Shown: positions 41,806 to 53,897, counted from the stretch's first letter. The stretch: DNA of 64,000 nucleotides from a virus (IMGVR_UViG_3300028909_000017:32001-96000); one strand, 5' to 3'. A program made the numbers and translations. Notes: generated from the letters alone by a model not told the origin.

Positions 41806-44800
41806 CTAGTTAATCGGAATAGCGGCTGTGAACGAAATCCTTTCGTTATTGCCTATTGTGAATCCAAAAATGGTGTCACTCCACAAACTCGCATTATGCG
41901 TTATGTACGCAGAGGATGTATTTGAATACCCCCCTACAAAGATACCGACTTGTGTGCTTGTGAGTGGCTCTACGCTAGCTGAGATGGCGTCAAATGTTCC
42001 GGCTGAAAGTTGCGCACTTCCGACGTTTGTACCATCGATTCCCGCATACTGAGCACCACTAACAGTGGTAGGCAGTGGTGCGAGTGTGGTGTTTACCGTG
42101 TAACTTCCTGGGAGAGAAATCAGATATGCGCCGCTTCCAGATGCTGCACCCGCCGTCGATGCGGCATAGTAGGTAAAGTTCAAATAAAGAGTTTTTCCTA
42201 GAACAGCGTATAAGGCTGTCGTCGTTCGCGTGGCAGCGCGCGACGGCGTTGTCCCGGTCGCTACGATGCTTGGGGAGTATGCCTGCCACACCATAGCGTT
42301 GCACACCGTAACAGCCGGATTCTGTAACTCCCAATAAGTGCCGTCATAGGTGAACGTCTGTATCTTGAGTAACCCCAGATCACCAACCGCTGCTGCCTGC
42401 TGCCCACACACTGTTACCGTCTTCGCAGCCAGTCCGCTCACAGCAATAGTAGGCGTGATCGTTGTGCTGGCTGTCAGCGGAACAAACTTGATAATGGTGC
42501 CAGTGGAAAGAGCAGTGATGGTCGAAGCGCCATTCATCGCTACGGTGTATGCCAAGCCCGATCCGGTCCCTGCATCCGTTCCGGTTATCGACGTGCCGAG
42601 AGCATTTCCGCTGATTGTGGTCTGAGCGACATACACATTGTTCGCGGGAAGTTCTTCGACATAAATGTATTGTGTAGAACCGTTGGTTGGAATGAGCGTG
42701 CCGGGATTTACTCCAGCTACATATCTAAAAGCCACATTGGTTGCTATGGCAGCCTGGACGATCCCTGAGCACGGGCCATTTGAAGGGGTAAGGTTAATTG
42801 CCCCAGCACTGTTTAGATAAAGGCATCCCGACGACGGGACCGATGCCGCCGACGTGATGTTATAGATGTCAAAATACGAAGAAGACCCGCTAGTCGATCC
42901 AAAGTTCACATAACCTGGACTTGCCTGTATGGAATACGTATGACCCGCCGCTAGTGTTACAACACCCGTCGATGTGTTGATGCTTATGTCAGATCCTGCG
43001 CTTGTCTGGAGCGTGTTGAGAACAATATATCCGCCAGCAGACGGTTCCCCTTGGCTAACTGAACTATATGCCCGCAAGTAATTGGCAACCTGCGAAACGC
43101 TGCTCACTGCGAGGCTGCTCGATACAGTTTCGGCCCAAACATTCACGTATGGATTACTGCCGATGCTCGTCAGCAGTCCAACCGACCCAGTTTCCAGATG
43201 GACGTAAGTATCTGCGGTTGGCGTATAATACGCCTCGGCGTAAGGGGTATTTGGAGCGGAGTTCGATGTGGCCATGTCAGAATCAGTCTGTCCAACATTT
43301 CCGAGCGTCGTACCGCTACCACCAGTCGCACCAGTACGCCACAGGAATGTTACAAAACCATTATTTCCTGAGAAGTTAGCATAGCCGATAGACGCACGCA
43401 AATGATAAGTGTATCCAGCCTTGAGAAAAAGTGTATTTCCACTTTGTGTTACAAGGGTTCCGCTCGACATGTCAGTGGTACCGAGCGCGATAACGACACC
43501 AGTTGCAGACACTGATTGACCACTACTGGCGGCTGCATGTAAATAGCTCGCCGTAGCTGATGATCCTCCCCCACTTTGAGTCTGCCACGTAAGATACTTA
43601 TTGGTAATATCCGTGACCACCGGAACTTGATTCGCTAGAGTTGGCGAGTTAGTAAAACCGTATCCTTGAAGACCATCGACAATTGGTACCGTGGCCGTTC
43701 CACCAAGGTCACCAGTCAGTGATACCGCGCCAAGAGTGCTGGTAGTTGCGGCGGGCAAGTCGCTAGCTGTAAGGATTCCGTATTGTTGTGCTGATGTGCT
43801 AGAACTCATAAGAATCTGTCTAGCAGCAGTCGGAGCACTAACAGGTGCCGTTACACCATTAAGATTAACGACCGTAGCTACTCCACCGCTAGTCATCGAT
43901 ACGTCCCCACTAATTGTTCTAGGTGTGTAGACACCCGCACTCGATGCGACTGGCATCTGTCCGACCGTTGCGGCAGTGCTACTTCCCGTCCCGCCTTCAG
44001 TTTGAGGAAGTGATGTCGTGAGTCCGGTTAACGAAGTAATATTTGAGTTAGTTCCACTGGAGGCGGCACCAACTAATGACGAATATGGAATAGTTGTTGA
44101 GGCCGTATCTGCACCACCTCCATTTGCGTATCGATATCCAGTTAATACACCAGCACCAGTTCCGCCTTGCGATGTACTTAATGGGGTTGTAAGACCAGTG
44201 AGCGAAGTAATGTCGCTATTAACACCACTTTTTGCTGCTACTAGATTTGTTCTAGAGGTGGTTGCATTGGAAACGTCGGAAAGATTGTTGGTTGCAAGTA
44301 ATGAACCAGATGCACTGGATGCTTGAACCCAAGTACCTGAGGTAGAATTATAAACGAATATTTTGCCACCATTTGCCGTTCCTTCAGTTACATACGCCGC
44401 GTCACCATTAGCCGGAACGCCTGTTCCGGCTTGGCCATCGGTTGTCAATGTCAAGGTTATTGACGTGCCCACTCCAGCGACGGAATAAACTTTGTTTAAA
44501 TATGTTCCTGCACTAGCATTTGTGAATAATATTCGGTCATTATTAATCAATGCAAATCCGTCAGATGTGTATGCACTTGATCCGACGATTGTGGTTCCCG
44601 GTGCGGTAACAGTTGAATCTAAATGTTGTACTGCAGGACGCCAAGCAAGACCATTTACTTTGTTCCCAACATAAGTTACAACGGCTTTTTGACTAGGAAT
44701 AATTGTGTTACTATTTGCCGTTAATGCCCCATCCACACTAATTGCAGTTCCACTAACTCCAGAGGTTCCTGCATTTAAAATTAATGAACTTGCTCCTGTA

Positions 44801-46162
44801 CTGTTACCTATGGTTACCGTCTTTGCATTTGCTCCCGTACCCACGCCGACTGGTCCACCAGTACCACTATCGAAAGTTGCTGCCCCAGTCGTTCCTGACG
44901 TAACTGATAATGCGGTTCCTGCCGCCGTATTCATACCGCCGGCTGGTATTGTAAGTGGTTCGGTTAATGTTACGGCTGTGGGTGAAAAAGTAGCAATTGT
45001 TTGGGTAGTAGTTGTTCCGCCAGCATTAATCGTAACTGATTTACCTGCACCTGCCGCTGCGAGATTTAGATTACCCGTTGTGTAACAATAACCATCATCT
45101 GCTCCACCGGTATTGAATCCAGAAACACTATATGCTGAAGAATTAATACCACAATCAATAAAGTTTGTTGTATTTGTACCATTGTCGGCAGTTGCTACAA
45201 AATCACTGGATGCTGAGGCATCACTCGATGTGTTTTGTACATTTATTTGAGTTGTTGTACCAACATTGCTCTGAGTAGCATTTATTACGGCTCCTGAAAG
45301 CGGAGTTCCACTACCGACAGCCACAGATGTCGTAAAATTGCCAATTGGTCCAGTAAATGTTCCGGTAAATGTTGGACTTGCACTTGATAGCCCACCAATA
45401 CTTGCTAACGCTGTTGCTGGGCTGTAAACATCCAATGTCCAACTCGCTGCCGGTATTGCATGTGGTCCGATAGTTACTGCATTGCCAGTTAATGTTCCAC
45501 CGATATTTACCGATGGGCCACTTAATGTTCCGGTATATGTTGGACTTGCACTAGTTAATCCGCCCAAATTTGTTAATGCGGTTGAAGCGGTATTTGAACC
45601 TGTGCCGCCTTCCGTAATAGGTAATGGAGTTGTTAGACTAGTCAACGAAGTAATATCAGAATTAATACCACTTTTGGCTGCCGAAAGATTTGCTCTGGCG
45701 GTAGTTGCATTTGTTAAATCGGATAAATTATTTGAGGAAAGCAGATAATTTAAACCAGATCCACCATAGGTAAATTCTGTTCGTGTATCAGTAATTGTTG
45801 AAATACTAGAACCACCAGTAATTACAATTGCAATTGGCACGTCTGAGGAAGTAAAAATTGTCGTTTTAACAGCGGGAACACAATTTGATGCAGTGTTTAA
45901 ATAAACATAATTTGTAGTGGATGCAGACATCGTTAATGTTCCACCACTATAATTAGCTATAGAACCATTGCAAAATGCGGTGCCAGAAGCAAGATTTAAT
46001 ATTAACCCAGCATTAATAGTCGGCCAATAACCAGGACCAGCACCTTGTACATATTTTGCGTTTACAGCATATATGGGTGCGGTTGATGTCTGCGCTTGCT
46101 GTGAATTGCCAACACCGGCCATTATAATTAAAAATAAAAATAAAAATAATAATTTTTTTCAT
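41806..46162 (-). CDS. Long tail fibre-like protein (~1450 aa) with signal-peptide-like N-terminus
   Basis: Three NS(D/N)ITSLT.LTT.L....GGTG fibre repeats and NNLSD...AT..R.NL motifs; removing one A from the run at 46153-46159 gives MKKLLFLFLFLIIMAGVGNS|QQ after RBS AGGA; distal ~1.9 kb is GC-richer. Confidence 0.8.
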
Positions 46163-46172
46163 TGTCGTTCCT

Positions 46173-46397
46173 CTATGACGCGGGGCTAAAGATTAAAACG
46201 TTAGCAGTTAAAGAAGTATCGGATGCTGTTAAATAAATGTTTGTTGAATCATACGGGTTGGCAAATTGCAGCCACATTTGACCGGACGTTTCCATCTGTA
46301 CAGATACCGCTGTGGGAATTGTACTTAATCCGTGAGCAACTGTCAGGTTTCCCGGAGCCGAACTTGTAACTAAAATATTTGTTAATTGCTGTAGCAT
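46173..46397 (-). CDS. Small structural protein (VAHGL..IP.AV beta module)
   Basis: Paralogous to the C-terminus of 46408-47130. Confidence 0.55.
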   Translation of the reverse strand: MLQQLTNILVTSSAPGNLTVAHGLSTIPTAVSVQMETSGQMWLQFANPYDSTNIYLTASDTSLTANVLIFSPAS

Positions 46398-46407
46398 TTA
46401 TATTCCC

Positions 46408-47130
46408 CTATCTTGTTATAATATCTGTTATCAGATAGATAATAGCTGTTAAATTTGTATCAGATGCTGTTAGATATAAATTAGTTGAATCATTTCCTGT
46501 CATCCATATTTCCCCCGCGCTTGTCATTTGAATAATAACGGCTGAAGGAGTTTTTCCCAATCCATGTGCAACCGTTGTATTTCCCGAAGTTGAAAGGGAA
46601 ATATTTAACGGCGTAATTGTTGAATTTAAAATTGGTTCAATATCGCCTGACATTGCCCAAGGATGCCCTTGTGTTGGTGACACCGTGCCAATATAAACAT
46701 TTAAAATTCGGTATGATGGTGTTCCAATTTTTTGTCGCTCTGGCTGTGCAATATGAATTAATTTAAATAATCTTCGTTGTGATTTGGGCAACGAATTAAG
46801 AATTGCATTCCAATTAGTTCCAATACTAAAAACACTGCTCGATGAAAATGTTGGATTTGGAATAGTTCCGGATATTATTGTAATATTTGAATTAACACCA
46901 TATTTACCCGTTTTAATTCCGGCAGTTGCTAACGGTTTATTAATATTATCTGTTTCTGTTAAATAAAATGGACCAGGAGCATTATATATAATATTGATAT
47001 TTCCCGACGTTATATTAGCTGTTACACCATATATATTTGCAGAATTAATCGAATTTACAAATGCTGTTTTAGTTGTGCCATTAATAGTAATAGCAGATCC
47101 TGAAACAGCATTTTTAAAGGTATTATTCAT
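46408..47130 (-). CDS. Putative structural protein
   Basis: TATAAATA late promoter just upstream; VAHGLG.TP.AV module. Confidence 0.55.
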   Translation of the reverse strand: MNNTFKNAVSGSAITINGTTKTAFVNSINSANIYGVTANITSGNINIIYNAPGPFYLTETDNINKPLATAGIKTGKYGVNSNITIISGTIPNPTFSSSSVFSIGTNWNAILNSLPKSQRRLFKLIHIAQPERQKIGTPSYRILNVYIGTVSPTQGHPWAMSGDIEPILNSTITPLNISLSTSGNTTVAHGLGKTPSAVIIQMTSAGEIWMTGNDSTNLYLTASDTNLTAIIYLITDIITR

Positions 47131-47154
47131 GTTAGTATTTATACCAGGTATGAA

Positions 47155-48720
47155 TTATGGGAGACATGGGTAATTGGCACATAATTTAATGTTTCGAAAC
47201 CAAATATCATCCCCAGAAGCCTGTGTTCCATAGTTATTATAACTACCCATGAAGAGGCTCTGATACGTTGTACTGGGAACTTGGTCTGGTATTGTTCCAT
47301 TTCCAACCAAGGTACATGCTCCAGGACACCCTGAATAAAATGACATTGAGTCTGTCCCGCCCGGATTATAACTACCCGTAACCCAATAGGTGGTATTTGT
47401 GCCCATATTACCCAGTGTTACATTACTATTGCTAGTGGAAATTATTTGTGCAGAAATAGCAGTTCCGCTAGGAATCAATTCCAATGAAAATAATGAAGTA
47501 TTTGTAGTGGAATATATTCCAAATGGAATATATGAATGAGTGTTGGAATCATTCTGTGGAATATTAAATTGAATATATCCACCAAAATTTATCGAACTCT
47601 GATTAGGCTGTACTCCATAGCAAAGCATATCTCCCGCAGTTCCCGTCGTGAATTGCAAATTATATGCACCATTTCCTGTGTAAAGTATTTGTTGTGTCGG
47701 AAGATATAAAGGAGTTCCAAACAAGGAAGTTGGACCTGATATACTTCCTGAGATGTCTAAATTTGTATTTTGTAGTGCCCATCGAATTGCATCTGCACTA
47801 CATTGTCCTCCTAAATATGCATATGTGTCTACCTCACCACCCACCCATCCATTTACACCTCCACTTGCAGACAAGCTGAGTGTTGTAAGAGTTGGTGCGG
47901 TAGTTCCTATTCCATTAAAGTTTATAACCAACCATTGATATGGGGCTACTCCTGGGGTGGATGTTGATGGTTTTAGAATTATGCATGATAGGCCGTAAGC
48001 ATCCGGAGGAGTAATTGATGTCCAAGGGCAGGTTGTCGTTGTTGCTGTTGATTGGGTCCAATACTCCATTCCCAGATATGCATTTGTTGAACTAATTGCT
48101 GTAAAATTTGCTCCCGGAACTAAAACATCATTTGGTGTGTTGCCATCATTTAATAAACTAACGACCATTTCCCCATTACCAGATGGGGTAATAGGAGATG
48201 AAAGGGCAGCGGATGATTGCGCGGTAGTATCACCTGAATCACCGGCTACATCAAGAAAATTTGTCGTGCGTGTATTTTTAACAGCCATGCAAACCATTTC
48301 CAATGGATTTCCAATTGCAGTTGATTCACCCGTAATAATAATTGTTCCCGCAGCCGAATTGGACACGGCCCATTGTCCAACCCATGCATGATGTGCTGCC
48401 CACGCATGAGCATAATTCATAGCACTCCAGGTTCCATTTAATGGGTCAGAAAATCTGTAATTTCCCGCCTCGTCCCCGCCATTAACACCACAAATTAGTG
48501 TATCTCCAACGGTTACATTATTAAGAGTACATGTGGTAGATGCACCACTTGTAATTGTTGCAGAGCAAGGCGTAACGGCTGGATCGTATATAACTGTGGT
48601 GGGAGCCGTTACCGTTCCAAATACAGAACCACTCAAAATAATTGTTGGGCCAATTATTTGTATCTGACCAACACAAATACAAGAGGTTAAGAACACAGAT
48701 AATAATATAAATAATTTCAT
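47155..48720 (-). CDS. Beta-rich adhesin/lectin-like protein with signal-peptide-like N-terminus
   Basis: MKLFILLSVFLTSCICVG|Q; S/T/G-rich with paired Cys; CATAAATA upstream. Confidence 0.6.
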   Translation of the reverse strand: MKLFILLSVFLTSCICVGQIQIIGPTIILSGSVFGTVTAPTTVIYDPAVTPCSATITSGASTTCTLNNVTVGDTLICGVNGGDEAGNYRFSDPLNGTWSAMNYAHAWAAHHAWVGQWAVSNSAAGTIIITGESTAIGNPLEMVCMAVKNTRTTNFLDVAGDSGDTTAQSSAALSSPITPSGNGEMVVSLLNDGNTPNDVLVPGANFTAISSTNAYLGMEYWTQSTATTTTCPWTSITPPDAYGLSCIILKPSTSTPGVAPYQWLVINFNGIGTTAPTLTTLSLSASGGVNGWVGGEVDTYAYLGGQCSADAIRWALQNTNLDISGSISGPTSLFGTPLYLPTQQILYTGNGAYNLQFTTGTAGDMLCYGVQPNQSSINFGGYIQFNIPQNDSNTHSYIPFGIYSTTNTSLFSLELIPSGTAISAQIISTSNSNVTLGNMGTNTTYWVTGSYNPGGTDSMSFYSGCPGACTLVGNGTIPDQVPSTTYQSLFMGSYNNYGTQASGDDIWFRNIKLCANYPCLP

Positions 48721-48993
48721 TAATTTACCTCAAAAATAAATATCAAACATATTTATGAACAAACAGAAACGGACGGCAATTTAACTTGCCGTCCGTTTCA
48801 AAATTATTACATATTTAAATTATCGAATTTCTTCGTTTAAATCTAAATTTTGCTGCTTTTTTCTTTCGAATTTTGTTCCATAATCTACGAGATTCCTTTT
48901 TAATCGTAAATCCATTATCTTTTTTGAAAAACCCTGGTGAGTCAACATCATATAGTTCACCTTTTTGTTTAAGCATTCTAAGCCGTTTGTTTG

Positions 48994-49605
48994 CTATTTT
49001 ATTGGTTCTGTCTCTTCGAGTTCCCCTGTCCATTGATTTTCTCCTGAATGATCAAAAAACAAAAATTTTCTCCAATTTGGATCGTCTGCGCCCATATTAC
49101 GAAGCAAATATCTACTGGTGTGAATATTAATTACGGATGGATGACTGTGCAATGTCATATCATCAATTTCACTTAATAATCTATCACCTTTTTTCCTGTT
49201 GCATTCTCCGCAGGCCGTAACCAGATTCGACCAAGATGATTTGCCGCCTTTAGATTTAGGATAAATGTGATCCAGAGTTAATTTTTTCGGTGAAAATACT
49301 TTCATACAATATTGACAAGTATTACGATCACGATTAAGAATATTTTTGCGAGATAAAATTTGCATACGAATGGGAATATATTTATATGTTAATAATCGAA
49401 TAACCGATGGCAAGTATAAATCAATGTTAATAAAATCGCCGGTTACTTCATCCCATAATTTACTGGTATGGACTTTAATATCATATGTTTTTTCTGATTT
49501 GGCCACATTTTTGCAAATTAAACCAAGCGCTCGTTTTGCAGAGCAAATAGATAATGGTTCATATGATTGATTTAACACTAGCACGGATTTTTTTGTTAGG
49601 TCCAT
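48994..49605 (-). CDS. HNH endonuclease (McrA-like)
   Basis: VLVLN.SYEPL, PSVIRL, RD..TCQYC, TLDHI.PKSKGG..W.NLVTAC..CN. Confidence 0.88.
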   Translation of the reverse strand: MDLTKKSVLVLNQSYEPLSICSAKRALGLICKNVAKSEKTYDIKVHTSKLWDEVTGDFINIDLYLPSVIRLLTYKYIPIRMQILSRKNILNRDRNTCQYCMKVFSPKKLTLDHIYPKSKGGKSSWSNLVTACGECNRKKGDRLLSEIDDMTLHSHPSVINIHTSRYLLRNMGADDPNWRKFLFFDHSGENQWTGELEETEPIK

Positions 49606-49635
49606 GATAATTTCCTCTTTCAGTATTTACTCGGA

Positions 49636-52539
49636 TTATTCTTCCAGTCTTTCTATTAATTTTTGATCACACCATAATTTAGCATGATTCCACGCTATTT
49701 CTTCAGAAATGGTGGAGACACCTTTTACATTAGACCAAGCTATGTTGTTATCAAAATAAATTTCAAATTGAATTCCGAAAGGATCTATTCTACAAATAGA
49801 TTTGGGATAAATTGATTTTACATATTCTTTATCTGTCATTTTGTAAATTTATCTGCTGACGATTCTTTAATAACTTCCCAGGCATGGTGCCATGCTAAGT
49901 TTTCCGATGTTGAATTCCATTTGGACATAAAAGTAAATGTACGGCTTAATTCATCAAAATTCGTAATAGTTTTACATTTCAATGAATTATCCCGTGGAAT
50001 TCCAATTACATAACTTACTTTAAAATTATATGCTATTTCTTCTAGCACTCTGGCAGTTGGATGCACGGAAAGAACTCTATTTTTATAGACATAATTTTTT
50101 CTCAGCAGCAATTCTAATGTCATTAGCGACTTCCCACCAGGCTTCTTTAATTGAAGGTAACCATGTTGATAGCATATATTTTTCATCTCTTTTATACCGC
50201 CAATTATTGGAATTACTAAATAATTCTAATGTAAAATCTTTTTGTATTTTTGAGGAATTTCGCCCACCTCTCATAATACAAAAATAATTAGATAAAATAG
50301 TATCCGTAATGTCAAAATCGTATCGATATTTGTCGCTAATTGCAATTGCGTCAGGATATACTGAACGAACCAATTTAATTATTTCTTCCTCATTCATTTT
50401 GATAACGCCAAATTAAATTTATTTTGCATTTGGGCCCACGCATTCAACCATGCTGCATCAATAGTTCGACACCAAACGCTCAATGGATTTATTTTAATTT
50501 TTGATCTTAAATGGGTAAAATCTAATGTAATTTCATCATTTTTAACCTGGTTGCGAAATTCATTTGGTAAATTATGAATAATTAAAAATGGTAATACTCC
50601 GCCTGGTTCGGTACCATAATTGTGAGTATCACCTAATACAACTGCATCCGGATAGATCGAAAGAACATTTTCCTTATTTGTCATAAACCTTTTTTACTTC
50701 TAAAATAATTTTTGAAATATCGGCATGATAAAATCCTGAACTATTTATCGAATTGAATTCAACAATTTTAAATGATCCATCGCGTAACTCTGCTATATCC
50801 ATTACAATTGTTGAATTAGGAATCCAATCATCGGCGAGATTTTTGGCTTCCCTGTAAATTTTATCTTCAATTGGAGAATTAATAGCAAGACATCCATATT
50901 TTTTGTATTGCGATCCAGTAATTATTTTATCATTAATTATCCAAAAACGCCATTCTCTTTCTATATTTTGTAATGGTGAACAACAAATTTTTAGATCATC
51001 TGGTAAATGAGAATATTCTTTTTCCCACCATTCCAAATCTTCTTTTTCAATTACATGACCGGTAAATGTTTTAATATCCATTGGTTTTATGAATGTCGGA
51101 ATATTAACCCAATTATTTTTTAATTCAAAAATTGTTTTAATTTCAATATTTTGATTGAGCATATTATTACAATTTTGAATCCAATAATTGGGATTAAACC
51201 AGTTGTCTTCCCAAAATACTCCGGGATAACAATTTAATGGCTTTGCAAACACCGGTAATAATGTTGAACCATAAAAAAATGTTGGTAAAGATAAATCAAT
51301 ATTTTCAATTCCGGTAATTAACTTTTCATCCGGAATTATTCCACACAAGGAATAATTGCAATTAAGTTTTTTTAATTCAGCAATTAACGGTTCGCAATTA
51401 TTTTTTAATGCCGTCCAGGTCATTGCGTCTTGTATAATCCAATTCATTTGTTTTCCTACTTATATTGTTAATTTTATAAGTAATTCGGTTTCTTCATCTG
51501 GGGTAAATCCAATATTGTATGTTTGTGTGGAGTAAATAAGATTATCTAGAAATGTTCGAATTATATAATTTCCGTAGCAAGAAACCTTCCACTTTTTCTT
51601 TACAACAAATCTTAATTCTGGTACTGTGAAATTACAAATCCAGTGCGTATCTGGTTCGGAATCTCTATCCCACTGTTCTACCTTTGGTAAAATATTTTCA
51701 ATGAAAAATTTGTCAATCATAATGCCAATCTCATTTGTAATTCAATTTCACGGGGAGGGTTAAAAATAATTTCAATTTGACTAACTTCATCGTTTTCCCT
51801 TGTATATTTGGCCCAGCTTAAAATATTTCTTGTGCTGTTTGATAATGTCCAATCGGGTTGTTTCGCAATCCATAACAATTCATGCAACGTAACATCGGCA
51901 TACCATTTTAGATCATGTTCATAAACTAATTCACATGGCTTACTTTTTTCGAGTATTGAATCTAAAATTGTCATATAATTAAATTATCTTTCGTTTTATT
52001 TTTAATCCATTCCCAAGCACTTTTCCATGCTGACAATTCTGTCTTAGAAAGGCAAGATAAAATTTTTACTTTGTTTTTAAAAATCATTTCACTTTCTTTT
52101 GTCCATTTAAACCAATCAATGCAAGATAATTTATTTGTTTCTAATGGAAATATGCCTTCACCGCGTACAATAATAAATGGATAATCTTGATAATATGGGC
52201 TCGTATCTTTAATTGCTTTTGCATCAGGATAAACTGCCAATACTTTTTGTTTATTTGTCATTGTGCTAGCCGAGAAATAATTTCTTCGTTATATCGTTTC
52301 CAGGCATTTTTCCATGCATCTTTCTCTGTATCTGACCATTTACCTAAGCGGAGCCAATTTCCAGTGGCATATTTATATCCAACACTATTTTTCTGCAATA
52401 GTTTCGGTTTATCGATGAAATGCTTATAATCTTTTTCTCCAGATACAATTACAAATTGGGGTTTTTTAAAATCGGATACAAATGCTGAAATTGCGTCAGG
52501 ATAAATTTTCCGTATTTTATTTTTAAATGAAGCGGCCAT
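49636..52539 (-). repeat. Family of six short paralogs ((V/I)...YPDA ... AW..AW)
   Basis: ORFs ending at 49636, 49836, 50083, 50394, 51971 and 52258 share N- and C-terminal motifs around variable middles. Confidence 0.75.
50674..51447 (-). CDS. ATP-grasp domain protein (R2K/DUF4343-like)
   Basis: FIKP...KTFTG, EWRFW, SQY, VMDIA, IVEFNS.N.SGFY. Confidence 0.8.
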   Translation of the reverse strand: MNWIIQDAMTWTALKNNCEPLIAELKKLNCNYSLCGIIPDEKLITGIENIDLSLPTFFYGSTLLPVFAKPLNCYPGVFWEDNWFNPNYWIQNCNNMLNQNIEIKTIFELKNNWVNIPTFIKPMDIKTFTGHVIEKEDLEWWEKEYSHLPDDLKICCSPLQNIEREWRFWIINDKIITGSQYKKYGCLAINSPIEDKIYREAKNLADDWIPNSTIVMDIAELRDGSFKIVEFNSINSSGFYHADISKIILEVKKVYDK

Positions 52540-52597
52540 GCTTTAATGATAGCATGGCCGTGTAAAAATGTCAAATATATTTCGATTATTTTAAAAA

Positions 52598-52683
52598 TGG
52601 GTGTCGGACGGAAATCGAATCCGCGTTGCCTTAAGGCCCAGAGTCACAGTCTGGCGTAACAAACCAACAGTTACCTCCGACAC
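52598..52683 (-). tRNA. tRNA-His(GTG) with extra variable-arm hairpin
   Basis: CCAGA-CTGTGAC-TCTGG; V-arm GCC-TTAA-GGC; ends CCGACACCCA. Confidence 0.8.
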
Positions 52684-52717
52684 ACTTGCCGAACCGGTAT
52701 AAACACGGTTCATAATT

Positions 52718-53114
52718 TCACTTAATCCAATTCCATCGCCCTTGTTTTGGTGTAGTAGAATGTCCGGTTAATGATTCGGTCTCACTAATACTCGTAACCC
52801 AGAATGTATCATTGCCGTCTAAAAATACTTGCCCATTTACGCCTGATTTTCCCTCACCAAATTCATTTGGCCATACTCGTACAACAAGTAACGGCAATGT
52901 ATCTCCAGCGGATGAGGTATTTCCAATATGAGCCTGAGCACCAATCGGCCAATGCTGAGGAACAACCGCACTACCAGTTAAAAATTCCCCCATTATGTTT
53001 AATACGATGAGCAATGCTTTCCTTGGTTGTTCTACGTCGATTAATTTGGCTAGCATCTTCTTCCGTTAAAGTGTATTGAACGATGTCACCTACGGTTGGT
53101 TGAAAATTTTCCAT
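52718..53114 (-). CDS. Conserved hypothetical phage protein, frameshifted near 52990
   Basis: MENFQPTVGDIVQY...INRRR joins WPIGAQAHIGN...VNGQVFLDGND across a G-run. Confidence 0.55.
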
Positions 53115-53435
53115 TAATTTATCCTTTTATATATTGTCCCGGCCCTACGCCCAATTGGGGTTTGAAATTTTTATCATTAATAGAATTACCGATACTTGCA
53201 ATCAATTCATCGATCGTATAATCAAAATCAGCTTCGTCCAAAAAGACGCAAACAAATTTCCCATCAATATTCAATTGTAATGCTAATTCATCGGTCCATC
53301 CATCGAGATCTGAACCATATTTTGCATAGGTTATCGAGTGATGACATTTATTTGGGGGAGGAATTACGTGTTCTAACCTTTTTAAAAATTTAATTAGAAA
53401 TGTTCTTTGATTCATTATTGTCCTTTTTGAAAATG

Positions 53436-53517
53436 CTCCGGGAGAGGGATTCGAACCCCCACGCGATTTCTCTGCCTGATTCAGAGTCAGGTGCCCTGCC
53501 AATTAGGCTATCCCGGA
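53436..53517 (-). tRNA. tRNA-Gln(CTG) with 14-nt variable region
   Basis: TCCGGGA/TCCCGGA, CCTGA-CTCTGAA-TCAGG, G73. Confidence 0.85.
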
Positions 53518-53523
53518 ATAAAC

Positions 53524-53709
53524 TTATTTACCTTTCTTATAGTCCGTTTCGTACCAGCCTGTTCCTTTGAAATTAAAAGTTGGTGCATTTAAAATTCTTA
53601 TAGAAATATGTTCACAATTTGGACATTTTTGAATTTCTAGAGAATTCATTTTTTGTATCTTTTCAAATATTTTCCCACATTTTAAACATTTGTATTCATA
53701 TAATGGCAT
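53524..53709 (-). CDS. FmdB-family zinc-ribbon protein
   Basis: MPLYEYKC..CG..FE...CP.C...FKG.GWY.TDY. Confidence 0.85.
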   Translation of the reverse strand: MPLYEYKCLKCGKIFEKIQKMNSLEIQKCPNCEHISIRILNAPTFNFKGTGWYETDYKKGK

Positions 53710-53897
53710 TACAAAATACCTGCTTTTAATCCTAATTTATAAATTTCTAAATCATAATCAATATCTTGTTGAGTCGGGTAATATTTTTCTGAACATTCTT
53801 TACATAAAAGGTTTTCTGAACCCGGAAAATAAGTTAACGGCTTTTCATAGCTTTTGCAAGAAAAACATGGATATGTATTGTTCATCGATTCTCCTTT

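Noticed and set aside
41828-45748. Plus-strand ORFs within the long fibre gene
   Set aside because: Antisense shadows of a Gly/Thr/Ala-rich coding strand
41806-46162. Diversity-generating retroelement target in the fibre tip
   Set aside because: No reverse transcriptase and no TR/VR pair with adenine-specific mismatches seen in the window
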